Counted from the stretch's first letter, positions 31,805 through 42,563 are shown. The stretch is DNA of 64,000 nt from an uncultured Bacilli bacterium (GCA_947627675.1 CANQWY010000001.1:5334-69333), one strand, 5' to 3'. Notes: a model not told the origin generated them from the letters alone. Numbers and translations are program-made.

Positions 31805-32966
31805 AATTATCTAGAAATGATTTTCCTATTTCAGGATTAGAAACGTCAAAATTATCTGCAATAGTAGCACCAATATCAGCTAATGTATTTAAAACAGGTA
31901 ATCTTTTTGGTGATATAAAATTTCGGCTATATATAATAACAGGTACATTTTCTCTAGTATGATCGTTTCCTTTGAAAGTTGGATCATTTCCATGATCTGC
32001 TGTAATTATAAGTAAATCATCAGTTTCTAATTTATTTAGAATAATAGGGATATTAACATCAAATTCTTCAAGTGCTTTAGCATAACCATCAATATCTCTA
32101 ATGTGCCCATATAAAGTATCAAAGTCACTTAAATTAGCCATACATAATCCAGTAAATCTTTTATCCATTATATTAGTTAGCTTATTTATTACTTCATTAT
32201 TATTAGAGGCCTTAATAGTTTTATTAATTCCTTCTTTATCAAAAATGTCATTTATTTTACCAATACCTATTACATTGTAACTATTTTCATTTAAAAAATC
32301 CAAAACAGTTTTTTTAGGTGGTTTAATTGCATAATCTTTTCTACCAAGCTGATTTAATTTAAAATTACCAGGTTTGCCAGAAAAAGGTCTAGCGATTACC
32401 CTACCTACCCTCCAGTCTTCTCTTAAAGTAATTTCTCTTATCTTTTCACAATACTCATGAAGTGTAGAAATTGGTATAACATCCTCATGAGCTGCAACCT
32501 GTAAATCAGAATCTGCTGATGTATATATTATTAAAGAACCATAATTAGCTGCTATTTCGCCCAATTCATTTATAATATCAATGCTATTATTACAACATTT
32601 ATTGCCAATAGCTCGCCTACCAGTTACATATTCAATGCTATTTAATATTTCTATAGGGAATCCATCATTAAATGTCTTAAATGGTATATCTGATATAATA
32701 CCCATTATTTCGTAATGTCCATTCAAACTATCTTTTCCTGGATTATTAGGCTTTGCAATTGTATAATAAGCATCTATATTATCAGTTTCACTCATTGTTA
32801 GAGTATTTAAAAAACCAATTTTTTTAAGATTTGGAACAAATAAATTAGTGTTTTCTATAATATGTCCCAAAGTATTTGAACCAATATCATCATATTTTAA
32901 AGCATCTTCCGCGCAACCGACTCCAACTGAGTCTAATACTATTAAAAATACTCTTTTATATCGCAT
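31797..32966 (-). CDS. deoB: Phosphopentomutase
   Basis: N-terminal VFLIVLDSVGVG metal-binding motif, length 389 aa, adjacent to xerD as in B. subtilis (ripX-drm). Confidence 0.9.
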   Translation of the reverse strand: MRYKRVFLIVLDSVGVGCAEDALKYDDIGSNTLGHIIENTNLFVPNLKKIGFLNTLTMSETDNIDAYYTIAKPNNPGKDSLNGHYEIMGIISDIPFKTFNDGFPIEILNSIEYVTGRRAIGNKCCNNSIDIINELGEIAANYGSLIIYTSADSDLQVAAHEDVIPISTLHEYCEKIREITLREDWRVGRVIARPFSGKPGNFKLNQLGRKDYAIKPPKKTVLDFLNENSYNVIGIGKINDIFDKEGINKTIKASNNNEVINKLTNIMDKRFTGLCMANLSDFDTLYGHIRDIDGYAKALEEFDVNIPIILNKLETDDLLIITADHGNDPTFKGNDHTRENVPVIIYSRNFISPKRLPVLNTLADIGATIADNFDVSNPEIGKSFLDNLE

Positions 32967-32976
32967 AAAATCCTCC

Positions 32977-33876
32977 TTATTTTTTCCTTCTAGGATGATA
33001 ATTATTATAATCGTTTGTTACTTTATCCTTGCTTATGTGAGTGTATATTCTGGTTGTTGATATATCAGCATGGCCCAACATTTCTTGAATACTTCTAAGA
33101 TCAGCTCCTCTATTTAATAAATGGGTCGCAAATGAATGCCTTAGAGTATGAGGAGATATATCTTCATTTAAATCTTTTTCTTTTAATATTCTTTTTAATA
33201 TTTTAAAAAAACCTTGTCTTGTTATTCTTTTACCATGATTATTTAAAAATAGAAATTCTTCATTATTCTTTTTCAGTAAACTACTTCTTTTTTCTAAATA
33301 TAGATTCAAATAATACATAGAATATTCCCCTAATGGAATAATTCTTTCCTTATTGCCTTTACCTATTATCCGTATTACACAATTTGTAAAATCTAAATTA
33401 TTTATAGTAATATTTATTAATTCACTAACTCTTAAACCTGATGAATACATAAGTTCTAGCATTGCCTTATTACGATAATCATAGGCTGTTACTAAATTTA
33501 TGTCTAGTAATTTATCGATATCTTCTTCACTTAATGTTTTTGGTAATTTCTTAATTAATTTTGGCCTCTTAATTGCAACTGATACATCTTTTTTTATAAT
33601 TTTCTCTTTTTCTAAATAAGAATGAAAACTTTTAATAGTCGTAAGTTTATGTGCTATTGTAGTAGTTTTATCTTCCAATAAAATCTGATTTTTTAAAAAG
33701 TTTTCAATATCTTTTTCTTTTATTTTATTTATATTAAAATTATTTCCATATATATTTTTTAAAAAAAAATAATATACTTTTAAATCATTTTGATAAGATT
33801 CTTTGGTCCTAGTAGAAAGACCTTTTTCAAAAACACAATAATTTAAGAAGTCTGAAACAGCAGTCTTATAATCCAT
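32977..33876 (-). CDS. xerD: Site-specific tyrosine recombinase XerD
   Basis: C-terminal HTLRHSFATHLLNRGADLRSIQEMLGHADISTTRIYTH with the catalytic R-H-R-Y, and the ripX-deoB synteny. Confidence 0.75.
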   Translation of the reverse strand: MDYKTAVSDFLNYCVFEKGLSTRTKESYQNDLKVYYFFLKNIYGNNFNINKIKEKDIENFLKNQILLEDKTTTIAHKLTTIKSFHSYLEKEKIIKKDVSVAIKRPKLIKKLPKTLSEEDIDKLLDINLVTAYDYRNKAMLELMYSSGLRVSELINITINNLDFTNCVIRIIGKGNKERIIPLGEYSMYYLNLYLEKRSSLLKKNNEEFLFLNNHGKRITRQGFFKILKRILKEKDLNEDISPHTLRHSFATHLLNRGADLRSIQEMLGHADISTTRIYTHISKDKVTNDYNNYHPRRKK

Positions 33877-34032
33877 AATTAACCACCTATTAATATTATA
33901 TATTATTTTTTCTAAATTTACAACTTATCATTGACATTATAATTACTAGAATATATCATAAAAGCGAAAAGGTATTATAAGGAAATTAATATAAATAAGA
34001 TATTTATGTAAATTATTATAGGAGGATTTTCT

Positions 34033-35253
34033 ATGGAAAAACCACTTGCATTTAAAATGGCTCCAAAATCATTAAAGGATGTAGTTGGCCAAAATCATAT
34101 AATCGGAAAAAATAAAATAATTACTAATTTAGTCAAAAATAAGAAAATATTTTCTATGATCTTATATGGTAAACCTGGTATAGGAAAAACTAGTATAAGT
34201 CAAGCTATAGTAAATGAACTTGGAGTAAAATATCGTTTTTTAAATGCATCAATTAATTTAAAAAAGGACATAGATATTGTAATAGAAGAAGCAAAAATGT
34301 ATAATGGCCTTATTTTAATTATGGATGAAATACATGGTCTCCATAAAGATAAGCAAGATATTTTATTACCTCATCTTGAGAGTGGATTAATTACACTTAT
34401 CGGTATGACTACTACTAATCCATACCATTCTATTAATCCTGCAATTAGAAGTAGATGTCAATTATTTGAACTTAAAGATTTAGAAACTAAAGATATTATT
34501 AAAGCATTAAATAGAGCTATTAATAGTGAATATTTAAAAGGAATAAATATAGATAAAAAAAGCATTAATTTAATTGCAAAACTATCAGGAACAGATTTAC
34601 GTTTTGCCTATAATCTTTTAGAAATTGCCTATTATTCTACAACTGATAAAGTCGTCAATGAAAAAGTTATTAAAAAAATAAATTCAAAACCTGTTTTCTT
34701 TAGTGATAGAAACGGTAATGGGCACTTTGAAGTTTTAAGTGGATTACAAAAATCAATAAGAGGAAGTGATGTTGATGCAAGTCTCCATTATCTAGCTCGC
34801 CTTATAAATGAAGGTGATTTGGAATCAGTTTATAGAAGATTATGTGTTATTTGTTATGAAGATATAGGACTTGCTAATCCTTCTATGGGGCCTAAATTAG
34901 ATGCTGCCATTAATGCATGCGAACGAGTTGGGCTTCCAGAGGCAAGAATAATTTTAGGAAGCATTGTTTGTGAAATGGCACTTTCACCTAAAAGTAATAC
35001 GGCCCATATAGCTTTTGACTTGGCCTTTGATGATATATTAGCAGGTGATTGTGGTAGTATCCCAGAACATCTTCGCCCTAATAATCCAAAGTACAAATAT
35101 CCTCATAACTATCCTAATGGCTATGTTGTTCAACAATATATGCCAGATAAATTAAAAAATAAAAAATATTATATGCCAAAAAATATTGGCTATGAAAGCC
35201 AATTAAAACAGATTTATGATAAAATTCAAAATATAAAAAATAAAAATCAATAA
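34033..35253 (+). CDS. rarA: Recombination factor protein RarA (MgsA, AAA+ ATPase)
   Basis: N-terminal VVGQNHIIGK, Walker A GKPGIGKTS, Walker B LIMDEIH, and a C-terminal MgsA helical domain. 406 aa. Confidence 0.85.
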   Translation: MEKPLAFKMAPKSLKDVVGQNHIIGKNKIITNLVKNKKIFSMILYGKPGIGKTSISQAIVNELGVKYRFLNASINLKKDIDIVIEEAKMYNGLILIMDEIHGLHKDKQDILLPHLESGLITLIGMTTTNPYHSINPAIRSRCQLFELKDLETKDIIKALNRAINSEYLKGINIDKKSINLIAKLSGTDLRFAYNLLEIAYYSTTDKVVNEKVIKKINSKPVFFSDRNGNGHFEVLSGLQKSIRGSDVDASLHYLARLINEGDLESVYRRLCVICYEDIGLANPSMGPKLDAAINACERVGLPEARIILGSIVCEMALSPKSNTAHIAFDLAFDDILAGDCGSIPEHLRPNNPKYKYPHNYPNGYVVQQYMPDKLKNKKYYMPKNIGYESQLKQIYDKIQNIKNKNQ

Positions 35254-35272
35254 ATATCCATTGATTCTTATT

Positions 35273-36199
35273 TTATAGATTTAAAAGAAAAATTTCAAGT
35301 GGTTTCTTCATATCATATATACCACTTTTTATTTTATAATCAATTTCTCCTATTTTTTTTATTAATTCATTAATTTCAGTATCAGATACTTTACTTAATA
35401 ATTCCATTGTCTTTTCTATTCTATATGGATGAATATCTAAAATAGTTGCAATATCGTTTTTTCTTTTGCTTTTTTTCATCAGTAAGCTTACTTGCTTTAA
35501 TAGCCTTAATTGGCTTTCTAGAAGGCTAATTACACCAATATCATCTATACTATCGCTAAGCTCTTGATAGGCTAATATTGCACTTTTCTTATTATTTGAT
35601 GAGATATATCTCACTAAATCAAATACTAAATTACTTTTATCATTAAGATGCTTAAAACATAGGCTTTTTATATCTTCAACTGTAATTTCGGTATCTATAT
35701 CTTTGTATTGCCTTAATTTGTCACATTCCGTTTTTATTGAATCGATATTACTATTTGTATATTCTATTAATAAATTAATTGCCTTTAAGGTAATATCATA
35801 TCCCTTAAGTTCTTCTTTAATGATATTTATTGGATTATCTTCTAATAAAGTATAGTTGCAATTTATTTTTAATTCTTTAGTAATTTTTTTTCTACTATCT
35901 AAATTATTTGATATCATTATCAATAATTTATTAGTATCCGGATTTTTTAAATATTTAAAAAAGTGTTTAGTTATTTCTTTATTAATATCTAATAATTCAA
36001 TGTTTTTAATTATAATTACCTTTTTTTCTGTTAAGAACGAATATGTATCAAGAGACTCTAAAATATCGTCTAATGAAGTTTCTTCTAATGTATATTCAAA
36101 TATTTCAGCCTTTTCAAAGCCAAGCTTTTTAATTAGTTCTTCCTTTCTTTTAATATAGGACAAGTTATTTTTATATTCAAATAAATAATTATATTCCAT
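35273..36199 (-). CDS. holA: DNA polymerase III delta subunit (HolA)-like
   Basis: 308 aa with an N-terminal clamp-loader delta fold signature (sensor arginine ...KKVIIIKNIELL). It sits directly downstream of alaS with an 11-nt overlap. Confidence 0.5.
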   Translation of the reverse strand: MEYNYLFEYKNNLSYIKRKEELIKKLGFEKAEIFEYTLEETSLDDILESLDTYSFLTEKKVIIIKNIELLDINKEITKHFFKYLKNPDTNKLLIMISNNLDSRKKITKELKINCNYTLLEDNPINIIKEELKGYDITLKAINLLIEYTNSNIDSIKTECDKLRQYKDIDTEITVEDIKSLCFKHLNDKSNLVFDLVRYISSNNKKSAILAYQELSDSIDDIGVISLLESQLRLLKQVSLLMKKSKRKNDIATILDIHPYRIEKTMELLSKVSDTEINELIKKIGEIDYKIKSGIYDMKKPLEIFLLNL

Positions 36200-38882
36200 T
36201 TTTTACTTCTTTCTCTATGTATTCCAAAATGTTATATAAATTATTTATATCTTTTCCCCCACCTTGAGCGAATGTTGGGCTTCCTCCCCCATTACCATCA
36301 GATTTTAAGGCCGCTTGTTTAATTAGATATGCTGCATTTAAATTACTATTACTTCTACATATATAATTTATAGAATTATCTGATTTTATATTTGCAAAGA
36401 AAACAATAGATAAATTTTCTTCATTAACAAGTTTATCAGCAATAGCTTTCAATAAATTATTTTCTATATTGCTTGTTTTCATAACTAAATATTGAATAGA
36501 ATTCTCAGTTTTAATATTTTTCTTATATTCATTTAAATTATTTAAAACATTTTTTTCTCGCAATTCCATATATTTTTTCTCTAACATTTTTACTTCATTT
36601 TGGACATAAGAAAGTTCATTTTGATTAAAAACAACATCTTTATAACTAGTTGGCTTAGAATTATCTATATTTATATCAAAGTCTAACGAAATACCAATTT
36701 TATTAGCTTCATCAATAATATTCTTGGCTTTTAATAAAAGTTTTATCATTTCATCATTGTATGGTTTTATTACCCCAAATAATGTTTGGTCAATTTTTGA
36801 ATTTGTAACCGCTTCTATTCTATACGTATCACTTCCTTTGGATTCGTATGAAAAGATTGCAAACTTTTTTATATTTTTTGTGTTAGTAGTATGAGTACCT
36901 CCACATAATTCTATAGATTTTCCCATTTTTACTACTCTAACAAGATCTTTATACTTCTCTGTAAATAATGCCATGGCACCCAATTTTTTAGCCTTATCAA
37001 GAGGCATTATTTCTGTAGAAACTATTAAACTTTTACTAATAAGGTCATTTACCTTATTTTCTACTTTTATTATATCTTCATCTGTTAATTTTGATGAATA
37101 AGTAAAGTCAAAACGTAATCTTTCACTATCAACATAACTTCCAGCTTGTCTTATTTCTTCGTTTACTACGGTTCGTAAAGCATAATGAAGTAAATGGACA
37201 CTACTATGATTCATTTCAGTCATTACTCTTTTTTCTTTATCTACAATAACCTCACATTCATCTCCTACAGATAATGATCCATCTAATAATTTAATTTTAT
37301 GAATATTTTGCCCATTAGGCCCTTTAAATACTTCTATTACTCTAGCTTTAAAATTTTTACCTATAATCATACCAGTATCACTAACTTGACCTCCTGATGT
37401 TGCATACAAACATGTTCTTTCTAGAGCAATATAGCCATCGTGATTTAATTTAGGTAATAAAGTATCTTTAGAAAATATTGCTAATATTTTTGTTTTTAAA
37501 CGGTATATTCCATATACAAATGTTGACTTATCTTTAAAATCTAGTAATACTTGTTTTTGGGTAGCCATTGATGACTTAGTACGAGATGATTTTCTTGCTA
37601 ACTCTTTTTGAGAATTCATATATTTATCAAATTCTTCTTTATTAGTAGTATAACCCATCTCATGCAAATACTCTAATGTAAGCTCAAAAGGAAAACCATA
37701 AGTATCATAAAGTTTGAAAGCATCTGCACCACTCAAAATTCCATCTGTTGATTTTTTTAGCATTTCTTTTAAAATCTTTTCTCCATCATTTAATGTTAAA
37801 AGAAATAATTTCTCTTCTTCTAAGATTTTTGTTTCAACATTAACTTGTTTTTCTCTTAAGTATGGATAAGCATCTTCCATAATTTTTACAACTGTCCCTA
37901 CTAATTTATATAAAAAGCAATCATTAATACCTAATTTTTTACCAGATCTAATACTTCTTCTAAGAAGTCTTCTTAAAACATATCCTCGACCAGAATTGGA
38001 AAAAGATGCTCCATCACTTAATGCAAATGTAAGAGCTCTTATGTGATCGGCTATTATTTTAAAATCTGTTTGATCGTGATATTTAATATTCGTAAGTTGT
38101 TCAATATGTTCTATAATTGGTAAAAATAAATCTGTCTCAAAAGTATTATCAACATCTTGAAATATTAAACACCATCTTTCAAGTCCTGCTCCAGTATCAA
38201 TATTTTTGTGAGGTAATTCTTTATAATTATCTCTACTTGTATTTTCAGTAGCGTTATATTGACTAAATACATTATTCCATATCTCGATATAACGTTCTTG
38301 TTCTTCATCATTTTTAAACTTTTCTAATGCAGTTTTATCTTTATCGTATTTTTCTCCTCTATCATAGAAAATTTCACTATCTGGCCCACAAGGACCGTTT
38401 CCAATTTCCCAAAAATTTTCTTCTAGTTTAATAATATGGTCTTCTAGCATTCCTACTTCTAACCATTTATTATAGGCCGTAGAGTCTTTAGGATATACAG
38501 TTACATATAATTTCTCTTTTTCGATTGCAAAAAAATCCTTGTTTGTTAGTAAATCCCAAGCAAATTCAATCGCTTCATTTTTAAAATAGTCGCCAATTGA
38601 AAAATTACCCATCATTTCAAAAAAAGTTTGATGTCTTTTAGTTATTCCTACATTTTCAATATCATTAGTTCTAATACATTTTTGGATATTTACAATCCTT
38701 TTAGATATGGGAATTTCTGTTCCATCAAAATATTTTTTTAGTGGAGCAACACCAGCATTTATCCATAATAAAGAATTATCATTTATGGGTATTAAAGATG
38801 CACTTTCTACTATTTTATGATTTTTACTAGAAAAATAGTTTAGCCACATATTTCTAATTTCCATATGAGTCATTTTTCTCAT
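36189..38882 (-). CDS. alaS: Alanine--tRNA ligase
   Basis: The class II AlaRS N-terminus MTHMEIRNMWLNYF, editing-domain HxxxH motifs (HSSVHLLHYAL; CGGTH) and a C-terminal DHH-like domain. The start is assigned to the ATG 1 nt after the upstream gene's TAA, with an AAGGAAG RBS. Confidence 0.9.
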   Translation of the reverse strand: MRKMTHMEIRNMWLNYFSSKNHKIVESASLIPINDNSLLWINAGVAPLKKYFDGTEIPISKRIVNIQKCIRTNDIENVGITKRHQTFFEMMGNFSIGDYFKNEAIEFAWDLLTNKDFFAIEKEKLYVTVYPKDSTAYNKWLEVGMLEDHIIKLEENFWEIGNGPCGPDSEIFYDRGEKYDKDKTALEKFKNDEEQERYIEIWNNVFSQYNATENTSRDNYKELPHKNIDTGAGLERWCLIFQDVDNTFETDLFLPIIEHIEQLTNIKYHDQTDFKIIADHIRALTFALSDGASFSNSGRGYVLRRLLRRSIRSGKKLGINDCFLYKLVGTVVKIMEDAYPYLREKQVNVETKILEEEKLFLLTLNDGEKILKEMLKKSTDGILSGADAFKLYDTYGFPFELTLEYLHEMGYTTNKEEFDKYMNSQKELARKSSRTKSSMATQKQVLLDFKDKSTFVYGIYRLKTKILAIFSKDTLLPKLNHDGYIALERTCLYATSGGQVSDTGMIIGKNFKARVIEVFKGPNGQNIHKIKLLDGSLSVGDECEVIVDKEKRVMTEMNHSSVHLLHYALRTVVNEEIRQAGSYVDSERLRFDFTYSSKLTDEDIIKVENKVNDLISKSLIVSTEIMPLDKAKKLGAMALFTEKYKDLVRVVKMGKSIELCGGTHTTNTKNIKKFAIFSYESKGSDTYRIEAVTNSKIDQTLFGVIKPYNDEMIKLLLKAKNIIDEANKIGISLDFDINIDNSKPTSYKDVVFNQNELSYVQNEVKMLEKKYMELREKNVLNNLNEYKKNIKTENSIQYLVMKTSNIENNLLKAIADKLVNEENLSIVFFANIKSDNSINYICRSNSNLNAAYLIKQAALKSDGNGGGSPTFAQGGGKDINNLYNILEYIEKEVKNGI

Positions 38883-38883
38883 T

Positions 38884-39438
38884 TTAGTCACTTCCTTTTT
38901 CAATTTTTGTTATTACATCTATTAATTGAATTTTATATTCATCTAGTCCTTTATTATTTAAAATATAAAAATCAGCATAGGCTATAGGGCCACCTTTAGC
39001 AGAATTTTCTATTTCTGAAATGTCCCGTTTTATGATATCATCTGTAGAAAATGGTCTATCTTTTCTACTAGCTATTCTCTTATAGCGAATATCTTTATCT
39101 GCTATAATTGAAATTAATTTTAATTGAGGAAATTTATCTTTTAATATTTTATATTCATCCCATGAATATAATCCATCTAATACTACATTATTATTTTTAT
39201 ATAGCTCCGCAATTTTATCTAAAAGAAGCATTGCTACTACACCCATTCCATATTTTTTTCTTAAATTTTCTCTAAATTCTTTTTGACTATCTGGAGTAAT
39301 TTCTATATTATTCTCATGCATTTTATCGTATATTACTCCACCAAAATAAACATTTTTGTATCCTTTTTCTTCAAAAAAATTGCAAGCTAAAGATTTACCA
39401 CTCCCAGCCATTCCTACAATAGCAATAATATTATTCAT
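38884..39438 (-). CDS. P-loop nucleotide kinase-like protein (dephospho-CoA/adenylate kinase-like fold), first gene of the alaS operon
   Basis: Walker A IAIVGMAGSGKS. 184 aa with an AGGAGGA RBS. Its stop abuts the alaS start. Confidence 0.55.
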   Translation of the reverse strand: MNNIIAIVGMAGSGKSLACNFFEEKGYKNVYFGGVIYDKMHENNIEITPDSQKEFRENLRKKYGMGVVAMLLLDKIAELYKNNNVVLDGLYSWDEYKILKDKFPQLKLISIIADKDIRYKRIASRKDRPFSTDDIIKRDISEIENSAKGGPIAYADFYILNNKGLDEYKIQLIDVITKIEKGSD

Positions 39439-39444
39439 AAAATC

Positions 39445-39640
39445 CTCCTTTTTATATACAAATAAAAGACCGTTTTAGGAGGACAAAAATGCCCGGTACC
39501 ATCCTAAATTTGGTCTTATTTATTATAACGGTTATTTACCGTAAAAACTCAAAAGTAGCTTTCCTAAAAATTATTAGCTTTCACCATTTACTAACTCTCT
39601 ATAGTTATTTTAGTACTTTTCTTTATCACAGTTTTTTAAA
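39445..39640 (-). promoter_or_regulatory. T-box riboswitch leader (Ala specifier) controlling the kinase-like gene plus alaS
   Basis: The minus-strand RNA contains AAUUUAGGAUGGUACCGGG, matching the T-box consensus AAUUAGGGUGGNACCGCG. The overlapping terminator hairpin AAGACCAAAUUUAGGA...UCCUAAAACGGUCUU is followed by UUUU. The upstream candidate specifier loop GAAAGCUAA has the GCU Ala codon followed by A, and there is an AGAGAG Stem-I-like element. Confidence 0.6.
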
Positions 39641-39646
39641 TATTAA

Positions 39647-40822
39647 TCATGCAAAATAATCCATTTTTAATTTGATTTTATCTAATATATTTAGCTTTTC
39701 ATTTATAAACGTAAAAATTATTTTCAATATAGCAACAAGTGGTGTTGCAAATATCATACCCATTATACCGAAAAAGTGTCCAAAAATCAAGAGACCTAAC
39801 ATAATAATAACAGGATGTAATTTCATTGTATGCCCCATAATAAGTGGTTGATAAAAATTATTTTCTAATGTTTGAACTATTAATATTGAAGCAATAGTAA
39901 AAATACCTGTAAGAGGAGATATTGTGAAGCCAACAATTATTGCAGGAATCGCTCCAATCCAAGGGCCAAAATATGGTATTATATCAGTTATAGCACAAAA
40001 TAATGCAAAAATTAGAGGTGCTTTTAATCCAGCTAAAGTTAATCCGATTGCTTGGCTTATAAAAACTAGTAACATTACAATTAATAGTCCTTGTACATAA
40101 CTTCTCAATGATGAATTTATTCTATTTGATAAATCTTTTAGTTCGTCATGATATTTTTTAGGAGTTAAATCATATATTCTTTTGGTAATTTTATGATAAT
40201 CAAATGCTAAGTAAAAACTTATCATAATTCCTAGTACTAAGGTAGTTATTACTGAAATTAAACTTTTTGTTCCCCCTATTAATGTTTCAGGGATACCACC
40301 AGATAAGCTATCACTAATATTTCCAATGGCTTTAAATATATTTTTCCTAATATTTTCAATAGATGAAATATCATTATTTTTAAATATATCATCGATAATT
40401 TCTTCTAATTGATCTAAAATATTAGGTAATGCAGCAATTAAATCTTTAATTTGACTAACTAAATTTGGAATAACTATAGATAATATTAAAAATATTACTC
40501 CAATGATTACTACATACATAATAATACAAGACAATATTCTAGGTATCTTTTTCTTAGTTAGTTTATCAATAGTAGGAGACAAAAACCATGCAATAATGAA
40601 ACCTATAAAAAGAGGAATTAAAACTTTAAAAATATCTCCAATAACATTAAATAAATGAAGCTTATTTAAAATATATATGCCTAAGCAAAACATTATAATT
40701 ATTACTAAATTGTTAAGTAAATATCCTAATTTTTTGTATTCATTTATACATCTATTTAAATTTTTAATATTTAATTTTTCATTCGTTTTATTTTCTTTCA
40801 TAAAATTCCCCTCGTCTTTCAT
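39647..40822 (-). CDS. AI-2E family transporter (PerM/UPF0118)
   Basis: 391 aa, 7-8 TM segments, and a charged N-terminus, matching AI-2E topology. Confidence 0.55.
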   Translation of the reverse strand: MKDEGNFMKENKTNEKLNIKNLNRCINEYKKLGYLLNNLVIIIMFCLGIYILNKLHLFNVIGDIFKVLIPLFIGFIIAWFLSPTIDKLTKKKIPRILSCIIMYVVIIGVIFLILSIVIPNLVSQIKDLIAALPNILDQLEEIIDDIFKNNDISSIENIRKNIFKAIGNISDSLSGGIPETLIGGTKSLISVITTLVLGIMISFYLAFDYHKITKRIYDLTPKKYHDELKDLSNRINSSLRSYVQGLLIVMLLVFISQAIGLTLAGLKAPLIFALFCAITDIIPYFGPWIGAIPAIIVGFTISPLTGIFTIASILIVQTLENNFYQPLIMGHTMKLHPVIIMLGLLIFGHFFGIMGMIFATPLVAILKIIFTFINEKLNILDKIKLKMDYFA

Positions 40823-40911
40823 AACTATTATAATTATATCAAAATTATTTCTATAATAAAAGGAGTTTGTAGTTAAAAAATTTTTTTGATATAATGTTTT
40901 TGGTGATTTTC

Positions 40912-41493
40912 ATGAATGTTATTAAAGAAAATGTCGAAAATGAAATTATAATTAAAAATTCTAGATTTATTTGTTCATTATTTTTCGTTAATGATATTAA
41001 TGATGTAGAAAACTATTTGAATACAACAAAAAATAAATATCCTAGAGCAAATCACTATTGTTATTCATATATTATTGGGCCTAATAAAAAAACAAGTGAT
41101 GATGGGGAACCTAATAAAACAGCAGGCTTACCAATTTTAAATGTTTTAGGAAATAATAAAATTAACAATTGTTTATGTATTGTAACTAGATATTTTGGGG
41201 GTATAAAATTAGGAGCGTCTGGACTTGTTAGAGCATATTCAAATAGTGTTGTCGAATGTTTAAAAAAGACAGAAATTTTAAAATTAATTGATGGATACTT
41301 AATAAAAATCAATACTAGTTATGCTAAATTAAGAGAACTTGACTATATTTTAAATAATTATGAAATAATTAATAAAATATTTTTAGATAAAGTATATTAT
41401 GAAGTAAAAGTAGATAAAAAGCTTATAAATATATTGAAAAAACAGAATTTTTCTTATGAAATCATTGATAATATCTACATAAAAATAAAATAA
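40912..41493 (+). CDS. yigZ: YigZ/IMPACT family protein
   Basis: IKNSRFICSLFFV ... EPNKTAGLPILNVL ... IVTRYFGGIKLGASGLVRAYS is the signature of UPF0029/IMPACT. The start is at the ATG after the GGTGA RBS. Confidence 0.8.
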   Translation: MNVIKENVENEIIIKNSRFICSLFFVNDINDVENYLNTTKNKYPRANHYCYSYIIGPNKKTSDDGEPNKTAGLPILNVLGNNKINNCLCIVTRYFGGIKLGASGLVRAYSNSVVECLKKTEILKLIDGYLIKINTSYAKLRELDYILNNYEIINKIFLDKVYYEVKVDKKLINILKKQNFSYEIIDNIYIKIK

Positions 41494-41518
41494 GAAAACA
41501 CTTGTAATGTGCTTTCTA
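41494..41518. terminator. Weak hairpin between the convergent yigZ and trxA
   Basis: AGAAAACAC-ttgtaat-GTGCTTTCT with one mismatch. Confidence 0.3.
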
Positions 41519-41818
41519 CTTAGTCAATTCATATAATTCTTCTTTATTTTTAAAACCAACTTCCTTTTTTTCAAGGTTTCCATCTTTAAATAGTAAAAGA
41601 GTTGGTACACTCATAATAGTATATTTTCTGGCTATATCCGGAAATTTATCAACATCAATTTTTAATATTTCTATATCCTTATTTTCTTCTGTAAATGCTT
41701 CCAAAACAGTGCTTAACATTTTACATGGTCCACACCAAGTAGCATAAAAATCAACTATAACTAATTTTTTAGTAATTTCTAAATTAAAATCTTCTTCTTT
41801 TTCTAGATATTTTATCAT
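41516..41818 (-). CDS. trxA: Thioredoxin
   Basis: WCGPCK active site and about 100 aa. Confidence 0.9.
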   Translation of the reverse strand: MIKYLEKEEDFNLEITKKLVIVDFYATWCGPCKMLSTVLEAFTEENKDIEILKIDVDKFPDIARKYTIMSVPTLLLFKDGNLEKKEVGFKNKEELYELTK

Positions 41819-41828
41819 ATTTCTTCTC

Positions 41829-42563
41829 CTATCTATATTTATTTAATACTTTATTTATATTTTTTATATCACCTAATTTACCTTGTTCAATTAAATTATC
41901 AATTGTCTCAACACTAATTAATTTATGTTTAAGCATAATATCTAAAACTTCTAAATTATATTGATTAGAATTTTTTATTCTTTGATTATCATTTTTTATT
42001 GTATTTGCTAAACTATATATTTCTTTTGTTGTATTTCTAATGTTCGTTGTTAAAGATGCAAATATTGGTGTTTTTTCTAGAATAAAATTGCCAATTGAAG
42101 AACTATAAAATGTGTTATTTGTACTAAAAGGAATCGATAGTATTAATAATATTATAAAAGTTATTACATATCCACTTATAAATCCTACTATCATTCCTAA
42201 AAAAGATGATACTGGTCTTATAATTACTAAGGCATTAATTAATTTATCAATTATATTTGTAAGTGAAATAATAATTCTTAATATAGCATTTAATATAAAG
42301 TAAATAATACCAAAAGAAATTATTTGATATACTAAAATGTTTAAGGCAGATAAACTAATGTCAAGTAATCCTAAATTTATAAATGGTAAAAATTGATATA
42401 AAATAGTTGCTAAACTATTCATAAATAAAAAAGAAATTATTAATATTACAACATTCCCAACTACATTTACTGTTTCCTTTATAAATCCTCTTTTTAAACC
42501 CGTAACCATACATAGTAGTATAAACAGTATTATTATTACATTTAATAAATTCATATAAATCAT
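41829..42563 (-). CDS. cvpA: CvpA family membrane protein
   Basis: N-terminal ILFILLCMVTGLKRGFIKE is CvpA-like, with 4 TM segments. It sits next to rnhC as in Firmicutes. Confidence 0.7.
   Translation of the reverse strand: MIYMNLLNVIIILFILLCMVTGLKRGFIKETVNVVGNVVILIISFLFMNSLATILYQFLPFINLGLLDISLSALNILVYQIISFGIIYFILNAILRIIISLTNIIDKLINALVIIRPVSSFLGMIVGFISGYVITFIILLILSIPFSTNNTFYSSSIGNFILEKTPIFASLTTNIRNTTKEIYSLANTIKNDNQRIKNSNQYNLEVLDIMLKHKLISVETIDNLIEQGKLGDIKNINKVLNKYR

Noticed and set aside
32848-33060. 70-aa plus-strand ORF spanning the deoB/xerD junction
   Set aside because: It is antisense to two well-supported genes and has no translation signals.
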